Source: Utricularia gibba (taxonomy: Eukaryota; Plantae; Magnoliophyta). From it: a DNA stretch of 64,000 bases. The stretch lies in contig CM007991.1 of assembly GCA_002189035.1 (NCBI GenBank), positions 1,736,001 through 1,800,000 on the forward strand, written 5' to 3'. The position numbers and the translations under genes are program-made. Under the pieces are notes generated by a model. It saw nothing but the letters and a program-made list of their open reading frames with translations, was not told the DNA's origin and did not search any database. The first letter of the stretch is position 1. Every line of letters begins with the position of its first letter. This document shows positions 1-12,860 of this stretch, piece after piece.

Positions 1-3000
1 AGGTCAAGCTTTTTGTTGCTTCTTGTGCATGCGAGATTACTCGAATTAGTGCACCTGAAGCTCCTTATCATGATGATGTTCTAAAGGTCGTTTCTGCTGC
101 ACAACCTATTCATCGTGCCCACAGTCACTTGAATTTTCTTATTTTTGGATACCCTGTGTGACATATGTTTTATTTCAGGATATTTTTCAGCTAATTTTGA
201 ATACTCTTGGTGGCTTAAGTGATATGAGTTCCTCGTCGTTTGGAAGGAGGGTTGTTGTTCTTGAAACTTTGGCACGTTACAGATCATGTGTAATGATGCT
301 GGATCTTGAATGTGACGATCTTATCAATGAAATGTTCAAAAATTTTTTTGATATTGTCAGGTATGATTTTCTTCTCTCATATTTATGCCCACATGAAGTT
401 TGTATTTAATTCTGTCCACTTCTTTTTTGGTGCATTGTGTTTTCTGGGTAAATTGTGCCAACTATTAGTGTTGCGCTGCTATTTGCTGCACATGAATACT
501 GGTTTGCTGCCAACTTTTTTAGTGCATGTTTTTATGTCTACTGACACTTCAAGCTGTCCTTATAAACAGAGATGACCACCCTGATAATTTGGTGTGTTCA
601 ATGGAAGCAATCATGGAAGTCTTGCTCGAAGAAAGTGAAGACGTGCCTGATGAACTCTTGCTCATATTGTTAGCTGAATTAGATAATGATAAGAAGGTAA
701 AATTTTTTATGTTTTCTCCAACATTCATAGGTTTTCATCCAGTCAAATGTATATTGAGAGTTGAGGTGGGTGTAGGGTGCCAAAATGGCTGCAAGGAGGC
801 TTGCTATGAACGTGATTCAGAAGTGTGCGACAAAACTGGAGCCTAGCATTAAGCAGTTTCTAGTGTCTGCAATGTCTGGTGACAGCAATCCCTTGCAGCA
901 TGGAATCAGTTATCATGGTGTACTCTATAATGTTTATTGCTGTGCTCCACAAGTGGTAGCAGGAGTGATCCCTTATCTTACTGGAGAGTTGCTGGTAATC
1001 ATCCTACTCTGGAATTTTAGATTTAACATCATGACGTAGAAGACCCTCTTTAATTAAAAAACTGTGTTCTATATACTGAATTTTTTTTTTCTGGGTGCGG
1101 CAACATGGAAAAGCTCTACCTTTTGCATTTATCCTTGTATTTATTGCTTACAGGGGTGTTGTAACTGACATTTTGGAGGAACTTTATAGTGAAGCTAATT
1201 ATTCTTGACATATTTCTCAACTGTGTCCTTATTTTAAAAAATCCGGTTCTATGATGTTTTTCTCATATTTGGACACTGCCACACAGAGTGACCACCTGGA
1301 AGCCCGTTTGAAGGCAGTTGGCTTAGTGGGCAACCTGGTATCTCTCCCAGGATCTACTCTTTCTGAAGTGTTCAGACCAGTTTTTATGGAGTTTCTGAAG
1401 AGATTGACTGATAGAGCAGTTGAAGTTAGAATGTCCGTCCTGGAGCATGCTAGATTATGCCTTTTGGAGAATCCTTCCAGGCCGGAAGCTCATCAAATTA
1501 TTTGTAAGAAAGAGATAATCTACAAATGTAATGAGGCTCTTTTATCTGATGAATCTAAATTTATTTTCAGCTGCTCTTTCTGAACGGTTTCTGGATTATG
1601 ATGAAAATGTTCGTAAGCAAGTGGTCTCAGTTATTTGTGATGTGGCATGTCATTCCCTCACATCCGTTCCGATTGACACTATTAAACTGCTCTCTGAACG
1701 GCTACGCGACAAATCTGTAAGAATAATTTATTTTCCACTATTTTCTCCCATTCCTTCATGGCTTATTTTCTGATAATTTTTGATGTTAATGCACAGCCTC
1801 TTGTTAAAAAGTACACTTTGGAGAGGTTAGCAGATATACATAAGGCATTCTTCCTGAAGCATTTTAGTGATTCAAGAAGGAATAAAGACTATATTTGGAT
1901 TGCTGGCAAAGTATTGAGGTGCTTCTACGATAAGGATTTCAGGTGACATTGTAATCTTTGATCCAGCGTTATATTCTATGTTATTGGTGCTTATACCACT
2001 TAAAAGTTTTATTTTCACTTTACAGATCAGATGCGATTGAGCCTGCTCTATCTCTGTCCTTGTATCCATCCCAGTCTTCTGTGGATTACAAGGTGAAACA
2101 CTGGATTAGGGTTTTCTCTGGACTTGAAAAGGTTGAAGTTAAAGCTCTTGAGAAAATCCTAGAGCAGAAGCAAAGGTTCGTAGATTGTCTTGATGAGTCA
2201 AGTTTTCTATGTTATCTTCATATCCATGAGGAATCTCATTCTGAATGACGCAAATCAGGCTGCGACAAGAGATGCAAAAGTACCTCTCTCTTCGGCAGTT
2301 GTCACAGGTGTGCCCAAGTTCTAATGGAAAATTTTGTCAACTGTAGTTGAATGTGAATGCCTTTTTTGAAGATATTATATTTTGACTGCAGGAGGAAGTT
2401 GAGAGAACTGAGATCCAAAAAAAAGAAACTATTTGCTTCCGTATGATGTCTCGTTGTTTTACTGATCCTGGTAAGGCAGAGGAGAACTTCCAAATACTAG
2501 ACCAACTCAAAGATCCTAGCGTGTGGAAAATATTAGCACAACTTCTTGATCCAAACACTAGCTCGTTAGAGGCCGTTGATTTGCGCGTAAGATTTTTACC
2601 TGCTGTTAGTCCTAGTCTTCCTTTATTCTGCTTATCTTCTTATTTATATTATACCTCTACTCATAAGCATATTTAAATTTTATTTTACCAAGATTTGAAT
2701 CTCTTTCAGGGAAATTTGCTGAGGAAAGTAGGAGAGAAGCATCAGCTCTTTGAATTCCTAAGTCTCCTTTCGATAAAATGCTCATACATTCTTTTTGACA
2801 AGATTCATGTCAGAAAAATTCTTCTGGAAGCTGATGTGCAGAAATCTTCAGGAAATACTGAATTGATATTGTCATGCATGACCATCCTAGTTGTATGGAT
2901 TCCTCTCAACTTTCTCTTGAATCTGGTTTTTGTTTTACCAATGGCCATTAAGTCCAGTGATATGTGAAGGCAATACTAGTTAGCGTGTCTATTTAATTTC

Positions 3001-6000
3001 AAGTGATAGAGAAATTGCTCTGTTGCACGATATTTTGAGAAGTTGGGTTTATTATCATGGTGTGTGCATTGTCAGAGAAAGTATTTTATGCATCATAAAA
3101 GCTGTGTATTTTATGCAGTAAAAGAATAAGCTCATTATTCTACATGAAGTTTTACTTATTATCTTATGCATCTTCTGGATGATGAAGTTTGAAAGAAAAT
3201 TGGATTCAGTTCAATGTGTCTTCTGTGATAAATTGCAGATTCTTGCACGATTTTGCCCTTCTTTGCTTCAAGGTGTTGAAGCAGACCTGGTACAACTTCT
3301 TGAAGATGACAATGAAATAATAAAGGAAGGTACTTTGCATATTCTTGCAAAGGCTGGGGAACAATTAGAGAAAATCTTGGCGTTTCATCCTGGTGAGGCT
3401 TCTGAGGCATATGCTTGATATTTTCCATTCTCAGTTGGACTGATGATGTGCACAATTTTCCTTTTTAATGCTACTGGGAATAATGAATTTCTGGTCTGTA
3501 GTTCATTGGACCTTATATTAGAGCGCATCTGCATCGAGGGTAGCCGAAGGCAGGCCAAGTATGCCGTTCACGCTCTTGCATCAATCACAAAGGATGATGG
3601 TCTAATGTCACTTTCTGTTCTTTACAAGGTTTCTTCTCTCCTTGTGCTTGCTTCTATGCTAGCCGGTCCTCTAACCTCCAGTTGCATTAGAATGCTCATA
3701 TTTTCTTTATTTATGTTTTTTTTTTTGTGGGAATTTTACTAACTTCATGCTTGCTGATTATGGAACAGAGGCTAGTTGACAAGCTTGAGGAGAGGTCTCA
3801 TCTTCCAGCAGTCCTCCAATCTCTTGGGTGCATTGCACAAGCTGCGATGCCAGTATTTGAAACTAGAGAAAATGAGATTGTGAAGTTTATCAAGGAAAAC
3901 ATACTGACGCTGGGACAGGTAAGTCATTGCAGTATGGACATATATTTCCATATATGCGCGTATATATATATATTTTTTCTTGTTGACAATTTTTATAAAT
4001 CTTCACATAAATTCAGATAGAAGGCAATGGAAAAACTGCTTGTTGGGATGATATAAGTGAACATTGTTCCTTGAAGGTTTGTCCTCCAACCCATGTATTG
4101 CATCTTCGAGTGCTTGCTTTTAGAAGATGAGGTGAAATGACAAAATGTTATTCGATTATATCAGATTTTTGGTATTAAAACCTTAGTAAAGAGCTACTTA
4201 CCCATTAAAGATGCCCACCTGCGTTCTGGAATCACTGATGTCATTGATATCCTGAAGAACATCCTTGTGTTTGGTGATGCCTCCTCTGACATAATGTCAA
4301 GGTAATGTGATGTTGCATGTTTGATTCTGGGCCCCCCTCTCCATGTGAGTTCAAGTTCGGGAGTTCAATCTTTCTCCATTTTCAGTTCTGTTGACAAAGC
4401 TCATTTGAAACTTGGTGCTGCAAAAGCTGTTCTTCGCCTATCAAAGCAATGGGAACATAAGATTCCTGTGGACGTTTTTTACCTCACATTAAGAGTATCT
4501 GAGGTAGGGTCACGTCAATGTGGATGTGATTGTTTGTGGTTGAATTTCTTGATGCCTCCTATAAAACAAGATAGATAATATTTTTGTTGCATTGCAGGAT
4601 AAATTCCCTGAGGTTAAAAAACTACTTCTTGGCAAGGTTCACCAATATGTTAAGGACCGTATGTTGGATCCAAAATATGCTTGTGCATTCCTTGATATTT
4701 CATCTTCAGAAGCAGATTTACAAGAGGTATATCCATGTTCCTTCTCTGTTTCAGTCTTTTTTGATTGTTATGTACTTTTAAAAATTGTCGTGTTAATGAT
4801 TCTTAAATTAACGGGCATTCTTATTCTAATAATATTGGCAGAACAAACAATATCTCAGTGACATCATTCAGTTGTGCCAGCAAGACAGGGTGCGGCAAGT
4901 TTCTCTCCCCACTGATTCAGTTAGTCCTGTGCTTTACCCAGAGCACATCCTCATATATATGATACATTCAATCGCTAACCACCCCTCGTTTCCTAATATT
5001 GATGAATGCAAAGATGTCAAAAGATACGAACCCATGTACAGGTACTTGAGCATGCCATTCATGAATTCTAATGATTCCTGACCTTCGCATAAAGCTTACG
5101 ATTCAGATCTGATAATTGGGATCAGTTAGATACTAGTTTTACACAATTTGTATTGCATGATAATGGCCTAGGTGACAGAATATTCAAAGGAAGATTGTTG
5201 ATCATGCATGAGAAGTCTTGTGCATTCTGTAATGTGGGTTGGAAAGCCATTGCATTTTGATTATACAGCAGTTAGTCATACTTGTGGATATATTTTAGGT
5301 GCCTGTGATTTATCATTTGGGAATTGAGCTTTAATCTGTATTTAGCCGGTTGATGTACTCCTATTTTTCCAGGCAGTTGTACACATTCCTATCTATGTTG
5401 ATTCATGTGGATAAAGCTGGGAAAACAGATTTCTCCGACCGGAAAGACAAAGATAGCATTTCATTATTAATAGCAATAATTCTATCTATCAAGCATTCAG
5501 AAGATGCTTTTGATACAGACAAGTCCAAGGTTGCTGCTATTGATTACTTCATACGTTTTTTTTTTCAGTTTTAATTGGAATACTAATTTTTCATAGAAAA
5601 GGGGACTCCCAGTCTAGTATGAATCAAGTCATCGTGGTTTTTTTGATGCTATTATTATGTACTGCAGAATTCATATGCTCTTTGCGACCTTGCAATGGCA
5701 ATTATTAAGCGCTTAGCTCCAGTCGAAGTTGATCTTCAAAACATTAGTGCTTCAGTAGCACTGCCTCCCATGCACTACAGGCCGCTTGAAAAGCAAGAAG
5801 AAAACCACCCACAGGTAATGTGGCAGAAAAGTTCTATTTATCTCTGTAAGGTGACAACAGCATTATTATTTGATCTTTCTGAATACATTTTTTTTTTCAA
5901 TTAACTTGAGCCTCATTAGTGCATCGTTTTCTTTGAATGAGCAGAAGGCCTGTACTTTTCTTTCATTAGATATGCATCACCTTGAACGTTTTTAAGGAAA

Positions 6001-9000
6001 AAAAATGCTTACCAATGATGCTAGGTTGATGAACAGAAGACTTGGCTCGAAAATGAGGATGTTCTGGCACACTTTGAGTCTCTTGAAATGGAGGCTAATG
6101 CAATTGTAAGTCTTGAAGTTTTCATTAGATTTTCCGCCCCCAGTGTGAAGGATATTATGGTAATTATGCAATCAAACTCAGGCACACTCGACAGTTTCAG
6201 AAGATGATGTCATGAAGGACAGTGAAAATGAGGCTAGTGAGATGCCACTAGGTAAGTTGATGAAGCGTCTAAAAGCTAAGGCTGCAAAGATTAAGAAAGA
6301 GGCAAAGCATGAGACTGCAATAGCTCAAGAGGGCAGTGAAAAAGAGGATGCCATCCTGGGACTGGTGAACGAAAGAAATCATGATACCCATGGGACTACT
6401 AGCAAGTTTCAGTGGAGCAATGGTCATGGGAATGCTCGCAAAAGAAAAAATGACCCAGATTCGCATAAAAAGAAAAGGTTGAAACGTGATTCTGAAGAGT
6501 CTTTTGCACCAAAGTATAGTAAAACACCTGTTCAGGATCCTAAATCTGCTGCTAGCCCGGTCTCCAAGGTTCTAAGAGAATTATACATGCATCAAGGGAG
6601 AGTATACATTCTGACCTCGAGGGATCAGATGAGGATCCGCAACCTGCTTCAGAAGATCAAAATATCGATGAGAAAACTCTTGAGCCCACAGAATCTGAAT
6701 TACTATTTTCACGTATAAGGAAAAAACTTGGCCCTTCCAAGAAAAAAGGCAAAGGACTTGATAGAACTCCAGTTGAGGGAACGCCAGAAGCCAAGGTATT
6801 ATTTCTTAGTAATGATTTTGGTATGCTAAGATTATCGCACTATTTTTTCCTGTATTTCAGAAGTCAAAGAAGATCTCAAATTCAGGCGGTGCAAGCATGG
6901 CCAAGCAGTCCACTGCAGGTTCCTCGAAAAAGGAGAAATCCAAAATTATCACTGGAATGGGAAAGGTGAGTGAGATCTTACCTATAACTTCCTGTTAGAT
7001 TTCAAGAAGTGTGAATGTGATGGTGCTGTTGTATGTGAGCTTTGTATGTATGCCAGGAGGTCATGCAATATAGTGCAAATGAGCTTAGGCTGTCTTGTCA
7101 CTGGTAACATCATAATCTTGAAATATGATCATCTCAAAAAAGAATATAATAAATGTAATTTAATTGGTGTTTCCATTTGTTTACTTTTCCCTTCTCAAGG
7201 AATCCGAATGATTTATGTGACGTCTTTATTACTTTTATTTTTTCCCCAATAATGGAGAATATGCTGCTGTATCTGAAAAATGCTATTTGTCGCCCTTAGT
7301 GTACAACCAAGGAGGATGATCATCCTGCTGGGGACATAGTTGGTCGTAAAATAAGAGTTTGGTGGCCTATGGATAAGAGGTAGGCACTTCTTTATTTGGT
7401 GTATGGGTGTCAGGGAACTCGCAATTAGCTTCAATTCTCTCTTTTGCAATGTTCCTCCATTTTCTTGTTGCTGATTTGAACCATTTTTACATGTTTTTGC
7501 ATCCCGCAACTTTCCGGCAGTGTTGATAAATATTTCGCAGTTGTACCTTTCAAAAGGTTCAAAAAGAATATTACATTATACTCATGGTCTTTCTCTGTGG
7601 CATTTTCACTTAAATTCTATGTTGCTGGATATGCATTCACACTTGCTCTATATATGTTTTTCATAAATCATATCTTTTTCTAGTCTCATTTTCCAGTTTT
7701 CTAATTGCTATTTTATCTGGGGTAGAATGGACGCGGCTGTAAGGTTTCTTAGAGATTTTGGGTTTCTGTTCGTAAATGATTATCCGTAAAGTGAAGCCCT
7801 CATTGTGAAACACAGGTATTATGAAGGCGCTGTGAAGTCATTTGATGTGGAGAAGCAAAAGCATGTGGTATGGGATTTCGGTCGACCTGTTTTTAAACTT
7901 CACCCATATGCAACTTCACTTGATTTACTTTTGCATTATTTATAGATATTATATGACGATGGAGATGTGGAAGTGCTTCGTCTAGATAAAGAACTTTGGG
8001 AGCTCGTTGTAGAGCGCTCCACTCCCAAGGTTCGAACACCATGCTCAATCTTTTATCTTATCTGAGAAGTGATGTTTTGTTTTATTTAATGAAGGTTTGT
8101 GAGAGATAAAATCAATTTTCATGATTTTTTTTTTTTCAGAAACCTCATACGCCTAAAGGTGTTCAGTCCAGAGGGTAAGAACGAGGTTTTTCAGCAAATT
8201 ATCCTGAACTGCTACATGGTTTATTTTGTTGCGTTGAAACTTAAAATTTCTCCACTCAACTTTTAGGTCATCTGGGCAGAAACGAAACTCGAGTGGTGGC
8301 TCAAAACCTGCTAAAAAATCGGAGGAAATGTGAGCTCTTTTCACCCATGTGGTTCCAGAAATGGCACTCCATGTTCATTACTAACTATAATGGATGTTTC
8401 GTGAAGATCTTCGTCTCAAGCAAAAGGAAAGAGGACACCTCGTAAAATTCCAAAAGAACCAAAGTCTAAGGCTGAAAAATCGAAGGGAAGTGATGCGATT
8501 CATGATGATACAACTTCCATGTCTTTGGATGATGATAGTGAACCAGGTGGGGAAGAAAGTCTCATGCTTTTCCAGTATAAATCAGGGAGCAACTAAGTTG
8601 CCTTTTTGCTCGAAGTATCATCTTTTTTGGCAATTTTTGCAAAATATTAACATGGTGCTTATCTCTTGTGGTTTTACGCAGAGAAGGGGCAGAAGAAAGG
8701 ATTTATGAAGAGTTTGTCAGGTGTGGGCAAAAAAAAATATAAGCATGACCAAAAGGTATCTAGTGATGCAGCAGAATCCACAGAGAAGGAAAGAGATGAT
8801 TCAGAAGACACGGAGACGGATAATATTGCGTCACTCTCCGATACACATGAAACAGACAATGCAGTTTCTTCTTTTGAAAAGAAGCGGAAAACAGCCAAAG
8901 ACGAATCCGACCAAGAGACCGAGGAAAATAACTCAGCAGCCATGGAAACGCAATCTGCTGATGCTGAGATTTCTGATGACGAGCCTCTGGTAATCATGCC

Positions 9001-9114
9001 TCTGACACTGGTTTCTCTGAATCCTACGAAATGAAATGAAGCCCCATTCTAACCTTGTTTCTTGTAACGCAGAGTCAATGGAAGCAACGCTCTGGGAAAA
9101 AAAGAGGCCAGTAA
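1..9114 (+). CDS. PDS5: Sister chromatid cohesion protein PDS5 (PDS5A-like), multi-exon, 5' end outside the window. Two apparent 1-nt frameshifts at about 3356 and about 6556.
   Basis: About 30 GT-AG exons join into HEAT-repeat PDS5 sequence (DIFQLI...RSCVMMLDLECDDL, ERFLDYDENVRKQVV, SLDLILERICIEGSRRQAKYAVHAL, KSYLPIKDAHLR). A Tudor-like segment follows (GRKIRVWWPMDKRYYEG...ILYDDGDVEVLRLDKELWE), then a charged tail ending DDEPL|SQWKQRSGKKRGQ* at 9114. Confidence 0.92.
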
Positions 9115-9810
9115 ATGTTTGAGATTCGGGTGCTGCATATGTCCGTAGATCATCGGCTTTTCTGAAGGCAGAACCATTCAACTCCAAACTAAATAACCCC
9201 TCCTTTCTGTAGATTGTAGCATATTATGGAAGTGAACCAGCTTACATGACAATGTTCTGCCCGGAAGTTGGTCTTAAGTGTAGGCTGTGTAGTATTTTTC
9301 ACCTCCCTTTTCGGGATTTAACTCGATGCTCTTGGTGATGCTGAAACCAACTACAGTTTTTTACGTTTTCAGCTGAATTTATAATGATTCATTCGTGCTT
9401 TTTCACCATTTTTGGTTGTTTCTCCGGTTCTAAAAGTTTAGTTTTGTATGGTTCATTTGTTACTCATGCTCCTTTCGATTCGTGTTGGTGACGCATGCAC
9501 ATGCAACGGCAAATGCAGATGATGAAGAGGTGGATGGAGCTCAAAATGAGGGCGCGGTATTCACGGAGAAACCATAAGATTTTGGTCATGTTTTTGTGAT
9601 CCCCATTCACTTTCCTCTTCGGTGCTTGGTTCAGTAACATCTCGTTGCATGGCGTTGAGGCGAAGAAAAACAGGCGAAAATACCAGGAACTCTTCTTGTG
9701 AATTCTAAGGCTTCATCATGTACGTCCTTGATTGTGTTTTTGCTTTGAATGCTTTCGAAATGCACGTTTTCGGATGATTCGATTGCGCAGTTTGTTGAGG
9801 AAGGCGAATC

Positions 9811-11742
9811 ATGTTCAATTTCGGTGTGAAAGCATTGCAAAATGGGTTCGGTTCACCAAGAAACAATGCTGCCGGGTGTGGATCTCCAACTTCACCCATC
9901 GCAGAAATCGACACACGAGCCCCCTTTGAATCGGTTAAGGCCGCTGTTTCCCTGTTCGGCGATGTTGGCTCTCCCCGTGCCAGACCCATGACCAAAAAAC
10001 CAAGGCAGAAGAGGTACCACCACCAACTGACTCCTGAATCCTTCACTCACCCGAGCTGTAGCTCGTTTTAGCTATCAGTTTGTACCACTTGAGTGCATGC
10101 ATAATATGATTCTGCAAGTTTTTGTGTTGTGTAAAAGTGTTCGTCCCACTAAGTGAAGGTGGTGCATTTGCGCAAATTTTTTAGTGGCTTGTTGTTTGCT
10201 TGTCTGCAGCAAAGGTTGCTGGAGAGGGAAGCACAGTATCATATGATCATGAGGGAACTTGATTACTACAGAGAGCAGCTGAGGAGTACAGAAAGCGCAA
10301 AAGAGCAAGCTCTAAAAGATATGCAAAGAGCTAACACAACTCTACTGGAGTTGACAAACAAGCTGGAAACTGTCTCAGAATCCAAGCAAGCTGCCATAAC
10401 AGCTGCGGAAGCTGCAAAAGCACGAGCGAAACGGCTGGAAGAGCAGAAAGCCCAGCTGGGGAATGATGCATGGAAAGTAGACGTTGATGCTGAAAGGGAA
10501 CTTTATAAAGCTACTTCAGGGAAACTTATAGCTGCTAAACAGGAGCTTACCAATCTGAGGCAAGACTTTGATGCAGCTTTAGAAGCACAGTTAAGGGCTC
10601 TTCAGCAGGGTGAAGAGTCTCTGCAAGCTGCGAAGGTGAGTAGGGAAACGGAAAGCCATCTTTCGGAGCAAGTTTTGGTGTTGCAACAAAAGCTTGATCA
10701 GGTGAAATCTGCTTCTTACAAGGCAGAAGAGGAGCATTTGAAGCTTGTTGCAGAAAAGGAGGTTCACTTGCTAATTTATAAGTCAGCTAAGCAAACTTCT
10801 GATATGGAACTGGATAGTTTGAAACAAGAATGCGCGACTGAAGAGGATCCTACGCGGAAGCTGGAAGAGGTAACGGAAGCAATAAAGATATTACAGGAAC
10901 AGCTGATTGATGTTCGTGCCTCGGATTTCAATTCCTTGAACTCCCTAGTTTTAGAACTTGCTTCCATTAAGAATGAGCTGCAAGAAGTAGTTGCAGAAGA
11001 AGATTCAGTGAGAGCTTCAGTGGATTCGGTTAAGTCGCAGTTGCAAGACCGGACGAGGGAACGGTTAGAGTGGGAAAACAGGGCAGGAGATGCAGAGTCA
11101 AGGCTTGAGAAGATGCAATCTGAATTAGAGAATAGAAAATCGGAGCTTGAAACCGCCAAATCTCGCAATGCACTTGAGGATATGAAATCAAATCTTGCAA
11201 AGTTACTGGCAGAAGCAGCAAATAAAAAACAAGAGAAGGAAAACATTATGAAGGCTGTAGCATCAGTGACACAAGAAGCTGAATCTGCTAGATTATCCAC
11301 TAAAGAAGCCGAAGAAAAGCTAATGATCACACTGAGGGAGGCCAAAGAAGCTGAGGCTGCGAAGAAACTGGCAGATGATCAGATCCACAATTCCCCAAAA
11401 GCCAATGATGCAGGCACCACAGGATCTTCAAGGAAAATCAAACTGTCAGCTGAAGAGTTTCAGTTGATGCATCACAGGATCGAGGAGTTGAAGAGTCAGG
11501 CTGATGAAGAAGTGGCCACTCTAGAAACCCATATGAAAAATGCAAGAGAAAGTAAGAAAGAAGTGCAACAGAAAGTCGATATCATGCTGAAAGAGATAGA
11601 GAACATAGTGTTGGAAATTGAGGATGCTGAAAAGAGAGCAGAGATGGCAGAAGCAGCAAAGAAAATAATCGAAGCCGAACTTCAGAAATGTAGTAAAAGT
11701 GGTAACGGGGAGGAGTCATCTTGTGTCTCAGAAGAAGAATAG
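9811..11742 (+). CDS. WEB-family (DUF827) coiled-coil protein, 2 exons (9811-10013, about 10210-11742)
   Basis: The N-terminal signature EIDTRAPFESVKAAVSLFG is followed by a long heptad-rich coiled-coil exon. The intron has a GTAC donor at 10014 and a TGCAG acceptor at 10209. Confidence 0.88.
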
Positions 11743-12860
11743 CAGTCATGATCTCTTAGTAGAACTACCTATCTTTTAGTTGGTGCATCCGTACCATGGT
11801 GTGTGTCCGTGCCCTGTGAGACATTCTTCCCTCCAAGTAGACCAATTTGAAGGTAAACTGAAAGAACCAGAGACTAAAAGGGCTTCCTTGACCAATGAAG
11901 CAGATCAAGAAAACTGCTGTAGCAGCTGCAACAGAAGCTGGAAACTAACGAACACCAGCTCACCAACCTCTTCATTCACTTTTTTTTTTTAATGTTTTAT
12001 CTGCTCTTGGCGTTGTAGTTTCATGTTTATAAATGATTTGAAAATATTTTATTGGATTAAAATCAAATTTATGGGTTTTATGATAGTAGTTGAAAAAGCA
12101 AATTTATTATCATATTTGGAATTAATTTTGAGTATAAAATCAATTTTAATACATTTGAATTTGTTGAAAATTGATTTTTCCTCTCTCATTTTATAATTCA
12201 CTTTTTCGCTATCTATTAAAAATAGCTTTTACTTTTTTTGACTGCAAAATTATACTTGATATCTAAACGAAAAAAATCATAACAATCGGAATATTATTGA
12301 ATAATTGATTATAATTTAAGTAAAAAAATAGATTAAAAGCATTAATTGTTTAAGTGAAAATTGTAATTTGAATCTTTTTTAAAAAAATTATGACTATGAT
12401 TTTCTCGCGAACAAGGTATGGAGGTTTTTTTATTATTATTTTGGGGAAATTAATAATTCATTTCGAAAATTATGACATCAAAGAAACTCTGCATGCGCTC
12501 CTCCAGAAACGTCTCTCTTGTTGGGCGTTATTTGGTTTTCCCGATTCTATCCGCATTTGCGTCTGCTTGTTTCCTTTTTCTCTCGAAAGGGAATTGCGTT
12601 TCAAATGATTCTGAACGCTGTTTTTCTTAGTTTTCTTCTTTGATTCATTGGGTGTTTGCTCCATCTTTCTCGTTTTTGGTTCTTTTTCTTTCATGGGTTT
12701 CAATTAATGTTGGTTTCGATGTTTATGTTGATTTTTGGTCGCTCTTATCTTCCAAAGAATGCATTCTATTGGTACTTTTTTTTTCTGGTGAAATCAACTT
12801 TTTTCTTGTATGAAAGTCAAAATCTCTGTAGGTGAAAATTAATCTTTCGATGCTGCAAAT

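Noticed and set aside
10776-11345. 189-aa antisense ORF over the WEB gene
   Set aside because: The Ser/Leu/Phe-rich sequence is the expected mirror of an E/K/A-rich coiled-coil exon. There is no independent evidence for it.
11780-11992. 70-aa ORF after the WEB stop, with faint similarity to WEB alanine-rich repeats
   Set aside because: It starts at TTG, other frames are interrupted, and it is best explained as 3'UTR.
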